From assembly GCA_964496815.1 (NCBI GenBank), contig CAZCAO010000001.1:83198-147197 (forward strand): a stretch of DNA of 64,000 nucleotides. The letters are read 5' to 3'. Both the position numbers and the translations under genes were made by a program. The notes beneath the pieces are model-generated. The model did no database searches. It was not told the DNA's origin and saw only the letters and a list, made by a program, of their open reading frames with translations. Numbering within the stretch: the first letter of the stretch is position 1; each line of letters starts with the position of its first letter. Positions 38,392 to 48,474 of this stretch are shown here, one piece after another. This DNA is from an uncultured Candidatus Saccharibacteria bacterium (lineage in GTDB: Bacteria > Patescibacteriota > Saccharimonadia > CAILAD01 > JADZBC01).

Positions 38392-39645
38392 GTGTCTAAA
38401 TTAATTGTAGAAGGCCCATCAACACTGCAGGGTAGAATTAGAGTGGCAGGTAATAAAAATCACGTATTGCCAATGATGGCGGCATGTTTGCTTGTGGATG
38501 GTGTTACCAAACTGCACAATGTACCCCATATATCTGACGTCGATGTTATGTCGGCAATCTTTGCTGAACTCGGTGTAACCGTCGCTCGCCAGGATACAAC
38601 CCTTACCATTGACGCAACTAAGCTGCATCCGAATAGAGAATATTTACAGGATGCCAAGAAGATGCGGGCTTCGCTGTTGGTGCTAGGTGGGGCAGTTGGC
38701 CGGCTAGGCACTATTACTATAGCCGAGCCTGGTGGAGACATTATCGGTGCTCGTTCGCTCGGAGTACACGGTCGCGTTTTCGAGGCCCTCGGCCTAAAGA
38801 TTACTCAAGATGAGCAAGGAGTAAAGGTTTCTGGTAAGGTCGAAGGTGACAAGGTAGTAAATGCCGAAAGAACCGTTACGCCGACTGAAAATGCCATTCT
38901 CGCTGCTGTGCTTGGCAGAGGTCGTCGCCAAATACGTTTGGCCGCCTTGGAGCCCCACGTGGTCTCGCTCTGTGAATTCCTCAATAGTTTGGGGGCAAAG
39001 ATTGATGGCATCGGGGGGTTTGTGTTGGATATTGAGGGAGTTACGGTATTGCATGGCGGGGAAGGCACAATAATTCCTGACCAGCTCGAGGCAGGCACGT
39101 TAGCGATTGCTGCTGCTGCCAGCCATGGCGACGTTATTATCGAAGAATTCGTAGCCGATGATCATGATATGTTGCTTCTAAAATTTGACGAAATGGGGGT
39201 ACGCTACACATTGCCCGACCGTAGAACAATCCATGTACGACCCGCTGATAGACTTCGTGCTGTCAACATACAAACCCAGCCATACCCTGGTTTCCCTAGC
39301 GATTTACAAGCGCCTTTTGCAGTGCTTATGACGCAGGCCGAGGGCAGGTCAGAAATATTCGAAATCATGTACGAGGGTAGACTCAATTACCTCTTTGAGT
39401 TACAGAGAATGGGTGCCGAAGTCGGGATTCGTGATCCTCATGTTGGATTTGTGGAGGGCCCGAGTAAATTGCATGGCACCGATGTGGTTAGTTTTGATAT
39501 TCGGGCCGGAGCCACGATATTATTGGCAGCCATGATCGCTAAGGGTACGACGGTAATTGATCGAGTTGAGCATATTGATCGTGGCTATGAGTTCATTGAT
39601 CAGCGCCTTAATAGTCTTGGTGCTCGGATGCATCGGGTTGATTAG
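38392..39645 (+). CDS. murA: UDP-N-acetylglucosamine 1-carboxyvinyltransferase
   Basis: GTG 38392 follows gggagat. MurA fold sequence. The active-site loop reads PGGDIIGARSLGVH, with Asp where many MurA enzymes have Cys. Confidence 0.88.
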   Translation: MSKLIVEGPSTLQGRIRVAGNKNHVLPMMAACLLVDGVTKLHNVPHISDVDVMSAIFAELGVTVARQDTTLTIDATKLHPNREYLQDAKKMRASLLVLGGAVGRLGTITIAEPGGDIIGARSLGVHGRVFEALGLKITQDEQGVKVSGKVEGDKVVNAERTVTPTENAILAAVLGRGRRQIRLAALEPHVVSLCEFLNSLGAKIDGIGGFVLDIEGVTVLHGGEGTIIPDQLEAGTLAIAAAASHGDVIIEEFVADDHDMLLLKFDEMGVRYTLPDRRTIHVRPADRLRAVNIQTQPYPGFPSDLQAPFAVLMTQAEGRSEIFEIMYEGRLNYLFELQRMGAEVGIRDPHVGFVEGPSKLHGTDVVSFDIRAGATILLAAMIAKGTTVIDRVEHIDRGYEFIDQRLNSLGARMHRVD

Positions 39646-39681
39646 CTGGCCTTGCCTCCATTCCCTTGCTAAAATAAGTGC

Positions 39682-40689
39682 ATGTTTAAAAAACGTATTG
39701 CCATTGATCTAGGCACAGCCAACACGCTTGTTTACGTCCCGAAGAAAGGTATAGTTGCTAACGAGCCTTCTGTAGTGGCTGTTAGTGTAGATGACAATCG
39801 TATTGTCGCCATAGGCAACGAGGCGCGCGAAATGCTGGGTCGTACGCCTGACATTATCACTGCATCCAAACCACTGAAGGACGGTGTAATAGCCGACTAT
39901 CGCATTACCCAGGCTATGTTGCGTCACTTCATTGATAAAGTCAGTGGCAGCTTTAGGCTTGGGCGACCAGAGTTGATGATAAGCGTACCGGCTGGGGTAA
40001 CTTCTACGGAGCGACGGGCCGTTATTGACGCCGCCTCGGCAGCCGGAGCTAAGCGAACCTATATTATCCGTGAGCCCGTCGCTGCAGCTATTGGTGCAGG
40101 CGTGCCGATCGCAGCACCGGCTGGGAACCTGGTCGTTGATATCGGGGGCGGCACTACTGAGGTGGCGATTATTTCTCTTGGTGGCATTGTTGCTCAAAAC
40201 AGCGTACGTGTGGGTGGGGACAAGATCGATCAAGCAATAGCTGACTATATTCGTAAAAAATACAGTCTCGTCGTGGGCGATCAGACAGCCGAAGATATCA
40301 AAAAGGAAATTGGTAGCGCCTTGCCGCTTGATAAGCCAATGACCATGCAAATCCGTGGTCGAGATATGGTGGCGGGACTGCCGAAGACCATTACGCTAAA
40401 CTCTACCGAGATTACAGACGCCATGAGTGACGCATTAGATGAAATAATCTTAGCTGTGCGAGCCGTATTGGAACAAACACCCCCAGAGCTTTCAAGCGAC
40501 ATTATTGATCGTGGCATGGTGATGACGGGCGGTGGAGCTTTGCTGCGCAACATCGATAAACTTATGACCAAAGTCACAGGTGTACCGAGTTATGTGGCTG
40601 AAGAGCCACTATTATGTGTTGCCAAAGGTACCGGCATTGCTCTGGAAAATTTGGACGACTATATGCGCAGTGTAATCAGTAATCGATAA
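39682..40689 (+). CDS. mreB: second MreB-family actin homologue
   Basis: IAIDLGTANTLVYV and DIGGGTTEVAIISLGG. Paralogous to the CDS at 5108..6166. Confidence 0.88.
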   Translation: MFKKRIAIDLGTANTLVYVPKKGIVANEPSVVAVSVDDNRIVAIGNEAREMLGRTPDIITASKPLKDGVIADYRITQAMLRHFIDKVSGSFRLGRPELMISVPAGVTSTERRAVIDAASAAGAKRTYIIREPVAAAIGAGVPIAAPAGNLVVDIGGGTTEVAIISLGGIVAQNSVRVGGDKIDQAIADYIRKKYSLVVGDQTAEDIKKEIGSALPLDKPMTMQIRGRDMVAGLPKTITLNSTEITDAMSDALDEIILAVRAVLEQTPPELSSDIIDRGMVMTGGGALLRNIDKLMTKVTGVPSYVAEEPLLCVAKGTGIALENLDDYMRSVISNR

Positions 40690-41954
40690 TGCAAAAGAAC
40701 CTACCCCTTCCAGCAAAGATTATGCATTGGGGGATAGCTGCGCTGCTGATTGCCATGCCGTTTCACGCTTTTGCTGTGATTGCGCTCGGCAACTTTATTG
40801 GCGGTCAACAGATCTGGCAGGCTTGGAAAGAAGTTCTGAGCCTTGGTCTTATCGGCTTGTCAGTCTATGTTTTTTTGCAGTCTAGGCGGCGTAATTATGT
40901 ATTTGATACCGCAAATATTAGTGCCTGTATTCTAATTGTATTTGGAGTACTCCTAACGCTCTCGGCTCGCGTTCCACTGGTGCAGGCGCTTTTTGGCGTG
41001 AAAGTTGTGGTTCTACCGTTGGTGTTATTTGGCACCGTTCAGCTCGCTAGAGTTCGCTTCGATAAAGAGTTTCTGACCAAAGCAATCCTTTGGCCTGCCT
41101 ACATTGTGGCGGTTATTGCAATCTTGCAAGAGTTTATTATTCCACTAAGTTGGTGGAGCTTTATTGGTTATGGCGAAGCTACCATTCGACCGCTGCAACT
41201 GGTTGATCCGGCGGTGCAAAGCATTCGCGCTTTCGCGACTTTAGGTGGGCCAAATCAGTTAGGCGCCTACATGATTCTGCCAACGCTGCTTGGTTTGGTG
41301 CTAGCAATCAAGAAGCGCCGGATTTACTACGCCCTTGGAGCCCTTCTGACATTCGCCGCTGTAGTCGTTTCATTCTCCAGAAGTGCCTGGCTAGGCCTGA
41401 GTGTCGCAGGAGTAGCAGCTATCGTTATTTATGGTAACAGAATGGTTAGAATGCTCGTCGCTGTAGCTGTGTCTATTGCCGCCATTGCAATCCTGGCTCT
41501 TGGCTCAAGTCTGCCAGCTCGACTGCAGAACACACAAATCCAATATTTTCTCTTACATGGGCGGTATAGCCAGACTCAAGAAATTGAAGGGTCTGACTTC
41601 GGTCGCTTACAATCATTGAACCGAGCTACAAGCGCCATTGCCGACCACCCTTGGGGTAATGGCCTTGGTACGGCAGGCCCAGCCAGCTTCCGGTCAGATA
41701 AACCATTTATTACAGAAAACTGGTACCTTCAAATCGCTATAGAAATCGGTGTGATTGGCGTAGTGCTGTTTTTGATTTTTTTTGGAGCAAACATTATTGG
41801 CTTGATTCGCTCGCAGAATGTGTTGTGGCAAGCTCTGGCAGCGGTGGTTTGCGGTCTACTGGTGACCAATCTGTTTTTGCACGCTTGGGCAGACAGTACC
41901 CTCGGCATTATGATTTTTAGTTTGCTTGGCCTTGCGAAGGTAGATAAATCATGA
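40689..41954 (+). CDS. O-antigen ligase / Wzy-like polymerase family membrane protein
   Basis: More than 10 TM segments with a loop FSRSAWLGL...; typical Wzy_C architecture. Confidence 0.65.
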   Translation: MQKNLPLPAKIMHWGIAALLIAMPFHAFAVIALGNFIGGQQIWQAWKEVLSLGLIGLSVYVFLQSRRRNYVFDTANISACILIVFGVLLTLSARVPLVQALFGVKVVVLPLVLFGTVQLARVRFDKEFLTKAILWPAYIVAVIAILQEFIIPLSWWSFIGYGEATIRPLQLVDPAVQSIRAFATLGGPNQLGAYMILPTLLGLVLAIKKRRIYYALGALLTFAAVVVSFSRSAWLGLSVAGVAAIVIYGNRMVRMLVAVAVSIAAIAILALGSSLPARLQNTQIQYFLLHGRYSQTQEIEGSDFGRLQSLNRATSAIADHPWGNGLGTAGPASFRSDKPFITENWYLQIAIEIGVIGVVLFLIFFGANIIGLIRSQNVLWQALAAVVCGLLVTNLFLHAWADSTLGIMIFSLLGLAKVDKS

Positions 41955-43069
41955 AGGTCGCCATCGTTCACGACTGGCTGAATCAGAAAGTAGGCGGTGC
42001 CGAACACGTGCTTTTCGAACTCGTTCAACAACACCCTGACGCAGACGTGTTTGCCCTTACATATAATCAAAAGCTGTTTCGTCCATATCTCGGCATGCGG
42101 CATGTCCGCACTACTTTTCTGCAGCGGATGCCGTCTTTTCTAAAAAAGAGACCACACTATTTATTACCGTTTGTACGACGTGCGGTTCGTTCATTTGATT
42201 TCTCTGGTTACGACTTGGTGATTTCGAACTCAACAGCCTGGGCGAAGAATATTCGCGTGCCTGCCGGCGTGAAGCACCTTTCGTACTGCCATTCGCCGGC
42301 TCGGATGCTGTGGGATAGTTGGCCGAGCTATATGGCGACCAAGGTTTCCGGGGTGTCATTCATTGCAGCAGTGCAGCGTTTTATCATAACCAGCCTGGCT
42401 TCAAAACTGCGACTATGGGACTACTATGCGACTCGTGAGATCGATTTGATTGTCGGAAACAGCCAATATATATCCCGTCGGATAAATAAATTTTACCGGA
42501 TTGATGATGCTCCGGTACTGTATCCGCCGGTTGATGCACCAGCTCGCGACCGTATGCCTAGCCAAGAGCCTTACTATCTTGTCGTCTCTGTACTGAGTCG
42601 ATACAAGAACATCGATCTTGTCATTAACGCATTCAGGGGAAACGGCAAGAACCTTATCATCGCTGGCGTTGGCCCAGACTTTGATCGCCTTACGAAATTA
42701 GCCGGTAATGCCAAAAATATTGTCTTTGAAGGCCGCGTTAGCAATCAGCGTCGCGACGAACTATTAGCAGCTGCCGAAGGCTTTATATTCCCAAGCATTG
42801 AAGATTTTGGCATGACTCCAGTTGAAGCCATGTCATTTGGCACTCCTGTGATTGCCTTGCGTGGCGGCGGTTTAATGGAAACAGTTGAAGAAGGGGTGTC
42901 CGGCGTGTTTTTTGACCAAGCCAATGAAGATGACTTAGGTAAAGCTATCGCCGCAGCTGAAAAGACAACCTGGCAGCGTAAACGAATTCAGGCTGAGGCA
43001 GAACGTTTTTCCAAAGAGCGCTTTGCAAAAAACCTGCAAGATTATGAAGCTAAGGTGATGGCGACATGA
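41951..43069 (+). CDS. glycosyltransferase family 4 (GT-B)
   Basis: C-terminal EDFGMTPVEAMSFGTPVIA E-x7-E type motif. Confidence 0.82.
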   Translation: MKVAIVHDWLNQKVGGAEHVLFELVQQHPDADVFALTYNQKLFRPYLGMRHVRTTFLQRMPSFLKKRPHYLLPFVRRAVRSFDFSGYDLVISNSTAWAKNIRVPAGVKHLSYCHSPARMLWDSWPSYMATKVSGVSFIAAVQRFIITSLASKLRLWDYYATREIDLIVGNSQYISRRINKFYRIDDAPVLYPPVDAPARDRMPSQEPYYLVVSVLSRYKNIDLVINAFRGNGKNLIIAGVGPDFDRLTKLAGNAKNIVFEGRVSNQRRDELLAAAEGFIFPSIEDFGMTPVEAMSFGTPVIALRGGGLMETVEEGVSGVFFDQANEDDLGKAIAAAEKTTWQRKRIQAEAERFSKERFAKNLQDYEAKVMAT

Positions 43070-43956
43070 AGGCGCGCGATTCATACCTTCACACCGACAT
43101 TCTAGGGATGCGCGTCGACGCTGTTACGATCGATGAATCGCTGCAAATTATCTCGCAGCAGATTGATCGGGGGACAGGGGCGAAAAGCTTTGTGGTTATT
43201 AAGCCTTACGTTGAATTTGCTATGCAGAGTAAGGCCAACCCTACAGTCGAAGCGCTGTTAAACCGAGCTGACTTATCGGTAGCGGATGGTGTTTCCTTAC
43301 AGTGGGCTGCCAGCTACCTCTACGGCAAACCAGCCAGTAAGCCGACTGTACTAAAACTTGGGCGCAGCTTACTGGGTTGGATACAACGAGCTAATTGGCG
43401 TGAGCAAATTTTGCCAGAGAAATTCGCCGGCATCACGCATACGCTGCGATTGTTTGACCAGGCAGAACAAAAAGCCTGGCGGATTGGAGTAATCGGTGGA
43501 CTGAATCCGCCGGCAGTTATCACTAAGGAGTTATTGCAGCGCTGGCCAAAGTTGCAGCTCGGCGGAGTATGGAGTGGCTTTAACCATGTTTCACGTTCTA
43601 TGGACTTCAGCGCATGGCAAGATGATACTGCTTTTTCCGCTACCATAGGGCAAATCAAGCAGCAGAAGCTCGATATCCTCTGTGTAGGTATGGGCTTTCC
43701 GCGTCAAGAGATGTTCATGGACGCAATGAGAGACCAGGGGCTTGCTAAGGTGTTGATTGGTGAAGGCGGAAGTTTTGACTACCAAGAAATGGGGGGCGCT
43801 ATTAGACGAGCACCAGTATGGATGAGGAAACTTGGGCTTGAGTGGCTATGGCGACTATTGCGTCAGCCTAGTCGTATACTTAGACAGTTGGCCATTCCGC
43901 GTTTTATTCTGGCCGTACATCGCCAGGCCAGGCAGAATTGGTCGAAAAAAGGCTAG
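43066..43956 (+). CDS. WecB/TagA/CpsF-family glycosyltransferase
   Basis: LNRADLSVADGVSLQWA and GMGFPRQEMFM motifs typical of TagA-type enzymes. Confidence 0.8.
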   Translation: MKARDSYLHTDILGMRVDAVTIDESLQIISQQIDRGTGAKSFVVIKPYVEFAMQSKANPTVEALLNRADLSVADGVSLQWAASYLYGKPASKPTVLKLGRSLLGWIQRANWREQILPEKFAGITHTLRLFDQAEQKAWRIGVIGGLNPPAVITKELLQRWPKLQLGGVWSGFNHVSRSMDFSAWQDDTAFSATIGQIKQQKLDILCVGMGFPRQEMFMDAMRDQGLAKVLIGEGGSFDYQEMGGAIRRAPVWMRKLGLEWLWRLLRQPSRILRQLAIPRFILAVHRQARQNWSKKG

Positions 43957-44010
43957 TTTCCTCTTTACGCTCATGCTTGTCTCGTGTAGAATGGCCTTAG
44001 GATAAGCAGA

Positions 44011-45387
44011 ATGGGTGACGGAGTGAATCAAACAGCAGACACGACACAGAATTGCACGAATTGTAATGAGCAAGACACTATTACTATTGCCGGAAAAACA
44101 TTCTGTGCAAATTGTGGTACACCACAAACTTCGAATACGACTACTCAAGCACCAGCAGTCACAGGTCAGGCGGCCAGCGCTACACCGAACTTGTCGGTCG
44201 CGCCGCATGACAGCAACATAGTGCAGACTAGTGCGAACTCGGCTTCTACAGCCAATGCTCAGCCATCAGAAAAAATGCCAGCTGTTGGTCAAGCAGCACA
44301 AGCCAGTCCCGCGGCAGAGCCAGCTACTGATACTGTACAAACTCGATTGAAAGCCGATCAGCTTCATAGCGCTATTTCCACCAGCCAAAGTCCTTCAATT
44401 GCTAAGTTTAGTGATGATACACCGACTGAACCGGCCAGCGACCAAGGCGGCAAAGTCAACGAAATTGATTCGCTAGATGACAAAGCCGGTGAATCAGTAA
44501 TGAGCGATGAGACGTTAGATGCACTTGCAAAGACGCCGGCAGATGATCCAATGCCTAATGTCCTTCCAAGTGAACCGCCGCTAGAGCAAGCTCCGAAGCA
44601 GTCTACCTATAAACTTGACCTTACACAGGCTGCCTCAAGTACCTTACCTAAGGCTGTGAGTGACATTCGACCTGGTCAAGCCATGAGTCAACCTGCTGCA
44701 GTGAAACCACCTACTACCCCTGTAATGCCAACAGCTGCGCCCATAGTAGCCGCTCCGGCGATGGCAGCCCCTGCAGCCAACATCTCAGCAACACAAGTCG
44801 CTCCAGCGGTAGCAAATCCAGTCACAAATACCATGGCCCAGCCAACAGCTGCACCTATACCCGCTGTGGCCTCTGTAGCGGATATGAGTACACCTATAGC
44901 CGCGAGCCAACCTGCCGTCGCCAATAAGGGACTCAAGGCCAGCAGCGTGGCTCTGAGCCTCGTAGGCCTACTTTTGCTAGGTGGTTACGTTTGGCAAGTT
45001 AATTACCCGAACCTAGCACTCAAGGTCGCCGGTAGTAAGGCTGGTATTAGTGCGAATTTCCCAGGCTATGTGCCGAGCGGTTGGAAGCTGAGTGGAAATA
45101 TCCAGTCCTCTCCAGGTAACATCAGTTATAATATTGCCGATGTTAAGTCTCGCAAGGCTATTCAAGTTAGTGAGTCAAAGACAAGCTGGGACTCACAGGC
45201 TTTGGCAGAAAACTACGTTGCACCTAAATCAGATAATTACTTGGCGCTGCAGGCACAAGGCCTCACAATCTACCTGTATGATGGCAACCAAGCAAGTTGG
45301 GTCAATAATGGGACATGGTACCGCATAGAGGGTGGTGATCACGGGCTTAGTCAGGATCAAATAATCAAACTAGCAACCAGCCTATGA
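44011..45387 (+). CDS. zinc-ribbon / single-TM protein with Ala/Pro-rich linker and globular extracytoplasmic C-terminus
   Basis: CTNC...CANC zinc ribbon, long low-complexity region, TM segment VALSLVGLLLLGGYVW, and a roughly 130-aa C-terminal domain. Confidence 0.65.
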   Translation: MGDGVNQTADTTQNCTNCNEQDTITIAGKTFCANCGTPQTSNTTTQAPAVTGQAASATPNLSVAPHDSNIVQTSANSASTANAQPSEKMPAVGQAAQASPAAEPATDTVQTRLKADQLHSAISTSQSPSIAKFSDDTPTEPASDQGGKVNEIDSLDDKAGESVMSDETLDALAKTPADDPMPNVLPSEPPLEQAPKQSTYKLDLTQAASSTLPKAVSDIRPGQAMSQPAAVKPPTTPVMPTAAPIVAAPAMAAPAANISATQVAPAVANPVTNTMAQPTAAPIPAVASVADMSTPIAASQPAVANKGLKASSVALSLVGLLLLGGYVWQVNYPNLALKVAGSKAGISANFPGYVPSGWKLSGNIQSSPGNISYNIADVKSRKAIQVSESKTSWDSQALAENYVAPKSDNYLALQAQGLTIYLYDGNQASWVNNGTWYRIEGGDHGLSQDQIIKLATSL

Positions 45388-45716
45388 GTGATCGGGCCTG
45401 GGAAGACCTGATCGACCGCATCGACGTTAACTTTGGTATCACTGCTTCAAAGAAGTTTGAACAGCCGATCGAAGGCGAGCGTGAATTGACGAGCACGGTT
45501 GATCGCATTGATTTTGTGCGCGGTGGGCAACCTTATCGCGTTGAGCGTATTACGGCCCCTGCTATTATCGACAGAAAGACCACGTACAATAAAACCGGTG
45601 TGGCGACGAGTACTCATGTTGTTTATGACCCGCAGGAGCTTAGTCATAAGGTAGTGTTTTATCGCCTCGAAGGCCAGGAAGCGGTCGAGATATCGCCAGA
45701 AGACCTTCTGCACTAG
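45384..45716 (+). CDS. hypothetical protein
   Basis: 110 aa. Start overlaps the upstream stop. No recognisable motif. Confidence 0.55.
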   Translation: MSDRAWEDLIDRIDVNFGITASKKFEQPIEGERELTSTVDRIDFVRGGQPYRVERITAPAIIDRKTTYNKTGVATSTHVVYDPQELSHKVVFYRLEGQEAVEISPEDLLH

Positions 45717-45749
45717 CATCGCCTACCTGGACTAGGCTATAATTAGGGC

Positions 45750-47213
45750 ATGACAGCCCAGCCAAATTCTAATCGCGTGCGTACTCGCTTTGCCCCTAGT
45801 CCTACAGGACTACTTCATATCGGCGGCGTTCGCACAGCGCTGTTTAGTTATCTATTAGCTCGGCACTTTGGGGGAGACTTCGTGGTTCGTATTGAGGATA
45901 CTGACCGTGAGCGTCTGGTGGAGGGGGGAGTGGAGCAGATTCTAGAGAGCCTTGCCTGGCTTGGCCTCAATCCTGACGAAGGCCCGAATACAAGCAAACA
46001 GCCGTACGGTCCATATATACAATCAGAACGTAAACAGCAGGGAGTGTATGAGAAGTTTGCCCAACAGCTTGTAGCAGAGGGCAAAGCTTACTATTCAGCC
46101 ATTACGCCCGAAGACTTCGCCAACCTCAAAGCCCAAGCAATTGCAGAAAAGAAGCCATTTGTGTATAGGCAATCAATGGAGCCACCGGCGCCGAGCGAAA
46201 CAAAAGGCTTGCCTATTAGGCTGAAGATCGCCCCTGGAACGGTAAATTGGCAGGATGCCGTGCATGGAGAATTTAACGTAAACCATGATATTATCGAGGA
46301 CTTCATTATTATGAAGGCAGATGGCTTCCCAATGTATAACTTTGCTAATGTGATCGATGATCACGTTATGAAAATTAGCCACGTCGTTCGTGGTCCTGAA
46401 TTTTTGGCCTCCACGCCAAAACACGCCTTGCTTTACGATTATTTTGGCTGGGATCGTCCAATCTTTGCTCATTGCCCGACGATCTTGGGCCCAGATGGTA
46501 AAAAGAAGCTCTCTAAACGCGATGGGGATGTCGACGCGTTAGAATACCGCAATAACGGTTTTCTGCCAGCAGCAGTCCTAAATTTCCTTGCTCTGCTTGG
46601 CTGGAATGATGGCAGTACACAAGAGATATTCAGCCTAGATGAATTAACTAAAAAGTTCTCCCTCGATCGGATCCAGAAAAGTCCAGCCCAGTTTGATGCC
46701 GAACGTCTTAAATGGATGAATGGTGAATACATTCGCAACGTTCTCTCAGAGCAGGAATATCTTACTATCGCTAAGCGGGCTCTAGCGCAGGCAAAGTATG
46801 ATCTAGGTGGTCATGCGGATGATTATGTCGACCGCGTACTATTACTAGATCGCGAGCGAGTAAAGATTTTCAGCGAAGTACCCGATTTAGTAGCGTTCTT
46901 TTTTGTTCCTCCAGAGTGGAATGCTGAGCAGCGCCAACTTTTGACTGCAAAATCAGATGCCAGTGAGATAACAACTTGGCTTAGTGCTGCAGTCGAGGTG
47001 CTCAAAAATACGGACGGGTCAGAAGAGGCCATCGAGCAGGCTTTGCGAGGATTGTCCGAACAAGGTGATATCCACACAGGAAAGTTATTCTATGCCGTTC
47101 GAATTGCAATTACCGGCCGCGCTGCTGCGCCAGGCCTTTTTGAAACCATAGCCGTTTTAGGTATCAGCGAATCCGCTCATCGGCTCAAGTCAGCTGTAGA
47201 CTTGTTGTCGTAG
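45750..47213 (+). CDS. gltX: glutamyl-tRNA synthetase
   Basis: HIGGVRTALF (HIGH) and KLSKR (KMSKS) motifs. Confidence 0.93.
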   Translation: MTAQPNSNRVRTRFAPSPTGLLHIGGVRTALFSYLLARHFGGDFVVRIEDTDRERLVEGGVEQILESLAWLGLNPDEGPNTSKQPYGPYIQSERKQQGVYEKFAQQLVAEGKAYYSAITPEDFANLKAQAIAEKKPFVYRQSMEPPAPSETKGLPIRLKIAPGTVNWQDAVHGEFNVNHDIIEDFIIMKADGFPMYNFANVIDDHVMKISHVVRGPEFLASTPKHALLYDYFGWDRPIFAHCPTILGPDGKKKLSKRDGDVDALEYRNNGFLPAAVLNFLALLGWNDGSTQEIFSLDELTKKFSLDRIQKSPAQFDAERLKWMNGEYIRNVLSEQEYLTIAKRALAQAKYDLGGHADDYVDRVLLLDRERVKIFSEVPDLVAFFFVPPEWNAEQRQLLTAKSDASEITTWLSAAVEVLKNTDGSEEAIEQALRGLSEQGDIHTGKLFYAVRIAITGRAAAPGLFETIAVLGISESAHRLKSAVDLLS

Positions 47214-47222
47214 TTTGTTTGA

Positions 47223-48413
47223 CTACTGGTAGCTGACAGTTTTCTCTAGTGGTATTACTGTCACCCAGGTTTGGCCGCGATTGAGAGATATTTCTTTGCC
47301 ACTGGCATCGAGGAATTGCGTACGCGCCTTGTCACTTGGCTTGCTCCAAGTTATGTTTGTAGCGACGCCATCCAGAAAAGCAACTCCAGTACCGGAGCCT
47401 ACAGTTTGAATAATAACAGTCTGCTCGCCAGCTCGGGTAGTTCCGGTGCTTGTGGCGGCTTTGAGTACGATTATGTTTTTTGGCTTAACCGGCGTATTGC
47501 CATTAGCATCGACGTCAGCAACACCGCGTATAAAGCGATTATAACTATTGTCGGTAGGGTCATATTTGAAGGTTACTCGGTAGTCGTAATAGGACGGATC
47601 AATCGTGATAGTTGTAGCGGACGGAGTGGTTGCTTTGTTGTCATTTTTTCGCAGCCATGGTGTAAAGCTCGGCTTGGTATAAAAGCCTCGATCCTGCATA
47701 AGCTTATCGAGTTGTGACCCAGTGGTGTAGAGGTTGTGTGGCGCGTAACGCGTATTGATGCGTCTAAAATAGCTACCATTTGCAAATTGGTCGAGGTTTT
47801 TCATGCCTAGCGGAACTATTAGGTCCAGAGCATCGGCATTGCCACCAGCATGGGTTACCGGCACCCCGTATTCGAGCCCCCACCGCACAAAGTATGTGCG
47901 TATACTGCGCACCGGCCCGATGTCGGAAGGCATAGTATCGCCAAAGAACGCCTGGTAGCGAGTAATGCCGCCCTCTGCTAGTGCTTCATATACCACGCCA
48001 GCTGATGACAGTCCTGATTGTGGTCGAGCATTTGGGTATAGATTCTCGATTATTACAGAGACGACAGGGTGTTCTGCCAGCTCTGGGGCAACTTCGACAC
48101 CAGTTAGCGGACTTGGCGTAGTCTTTGGTTTGGGTGGGGTTTTGACTGTCTTGGTGAGGACCTTGCGGATGATTGGCTTGTTCGGGTGGCCAAACATGGC
48201 CCAGGCGATAGCGGCGATCACTGCAATAACCCCAAATATCGCTACACCGATGAGAAGGCGTTTCTTAGTGAACCACTTGCCATGGGTCTTTTGTGGAGCA
48301 GATTCGTCAATAATAATGTCGGCCTTCGGGAGTTTTTGCCCACCCTGACGACCCTTGGTGTGGCCAACCTTTGTTTTGACGGAGCTAGATTGTTTGCTTG
48401 AGTCATTCGGCAT
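47223..48413 (-). CDS. membrane-anchored DUF3048-like (YerB-like) protein
   Basis: Basic N-terminus, TM segment, then VIENLYPNARPQSGLSSAGVVYEALAEGGITRY, typical of DUF3048 (from memory). Confidence 0.6.
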   Translation of the reverse strand: MPNDSSKQSSSVKTKVGHTKGRQGGQKLPKADIIIDESAPQKTHGKWFTKKRLLIGVAIFGVIAVIAAIAWAMFGHPNKPIIRKVLTKTVKTPPKPKTTPSPLTGVEVAPELAEHPVVSVIIENLYPNARPQSGLSSAGVVYEALAEGGITRYQAFFGDTMPSDIGPVRSIRTYFVRWGLEYGVPVTHAGGNADALDLIVPLGMKNLDQFANGSYFRRINTRYAPHNLYTTGSQLDKLMQDRGFYTKPSFTPWLRKNDNKATTPSATTITIDPSYYDYRVTFKYDPTDNSYNRFIRGVADVDANGNTPVKPKNIIVLKAATSTGTTRAGEQTVIIQTVGSGTGVAFLDGVATNITWSKPSDKARTQFLDASGKEISLNRGQTWVTVIPLEKTVSYQ

Positions 48414-48474
48414 AGAGCATAACCTTTAAGCCTATTCTATCATAGACACATCACGATCGGTGGGTAAATACGAT

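Noticed and set aside
5143-40350. Long antisense ORFs inside housekeeping genes (5143..5697-, 10389..11099-, 24328..25002-, 17380..17952-, 39709..40350-, 49561..49959+, and others)
   Set aside because: Each lies entirely within a well-supported CDS on the other strand. None has an independent motif or expression signal.
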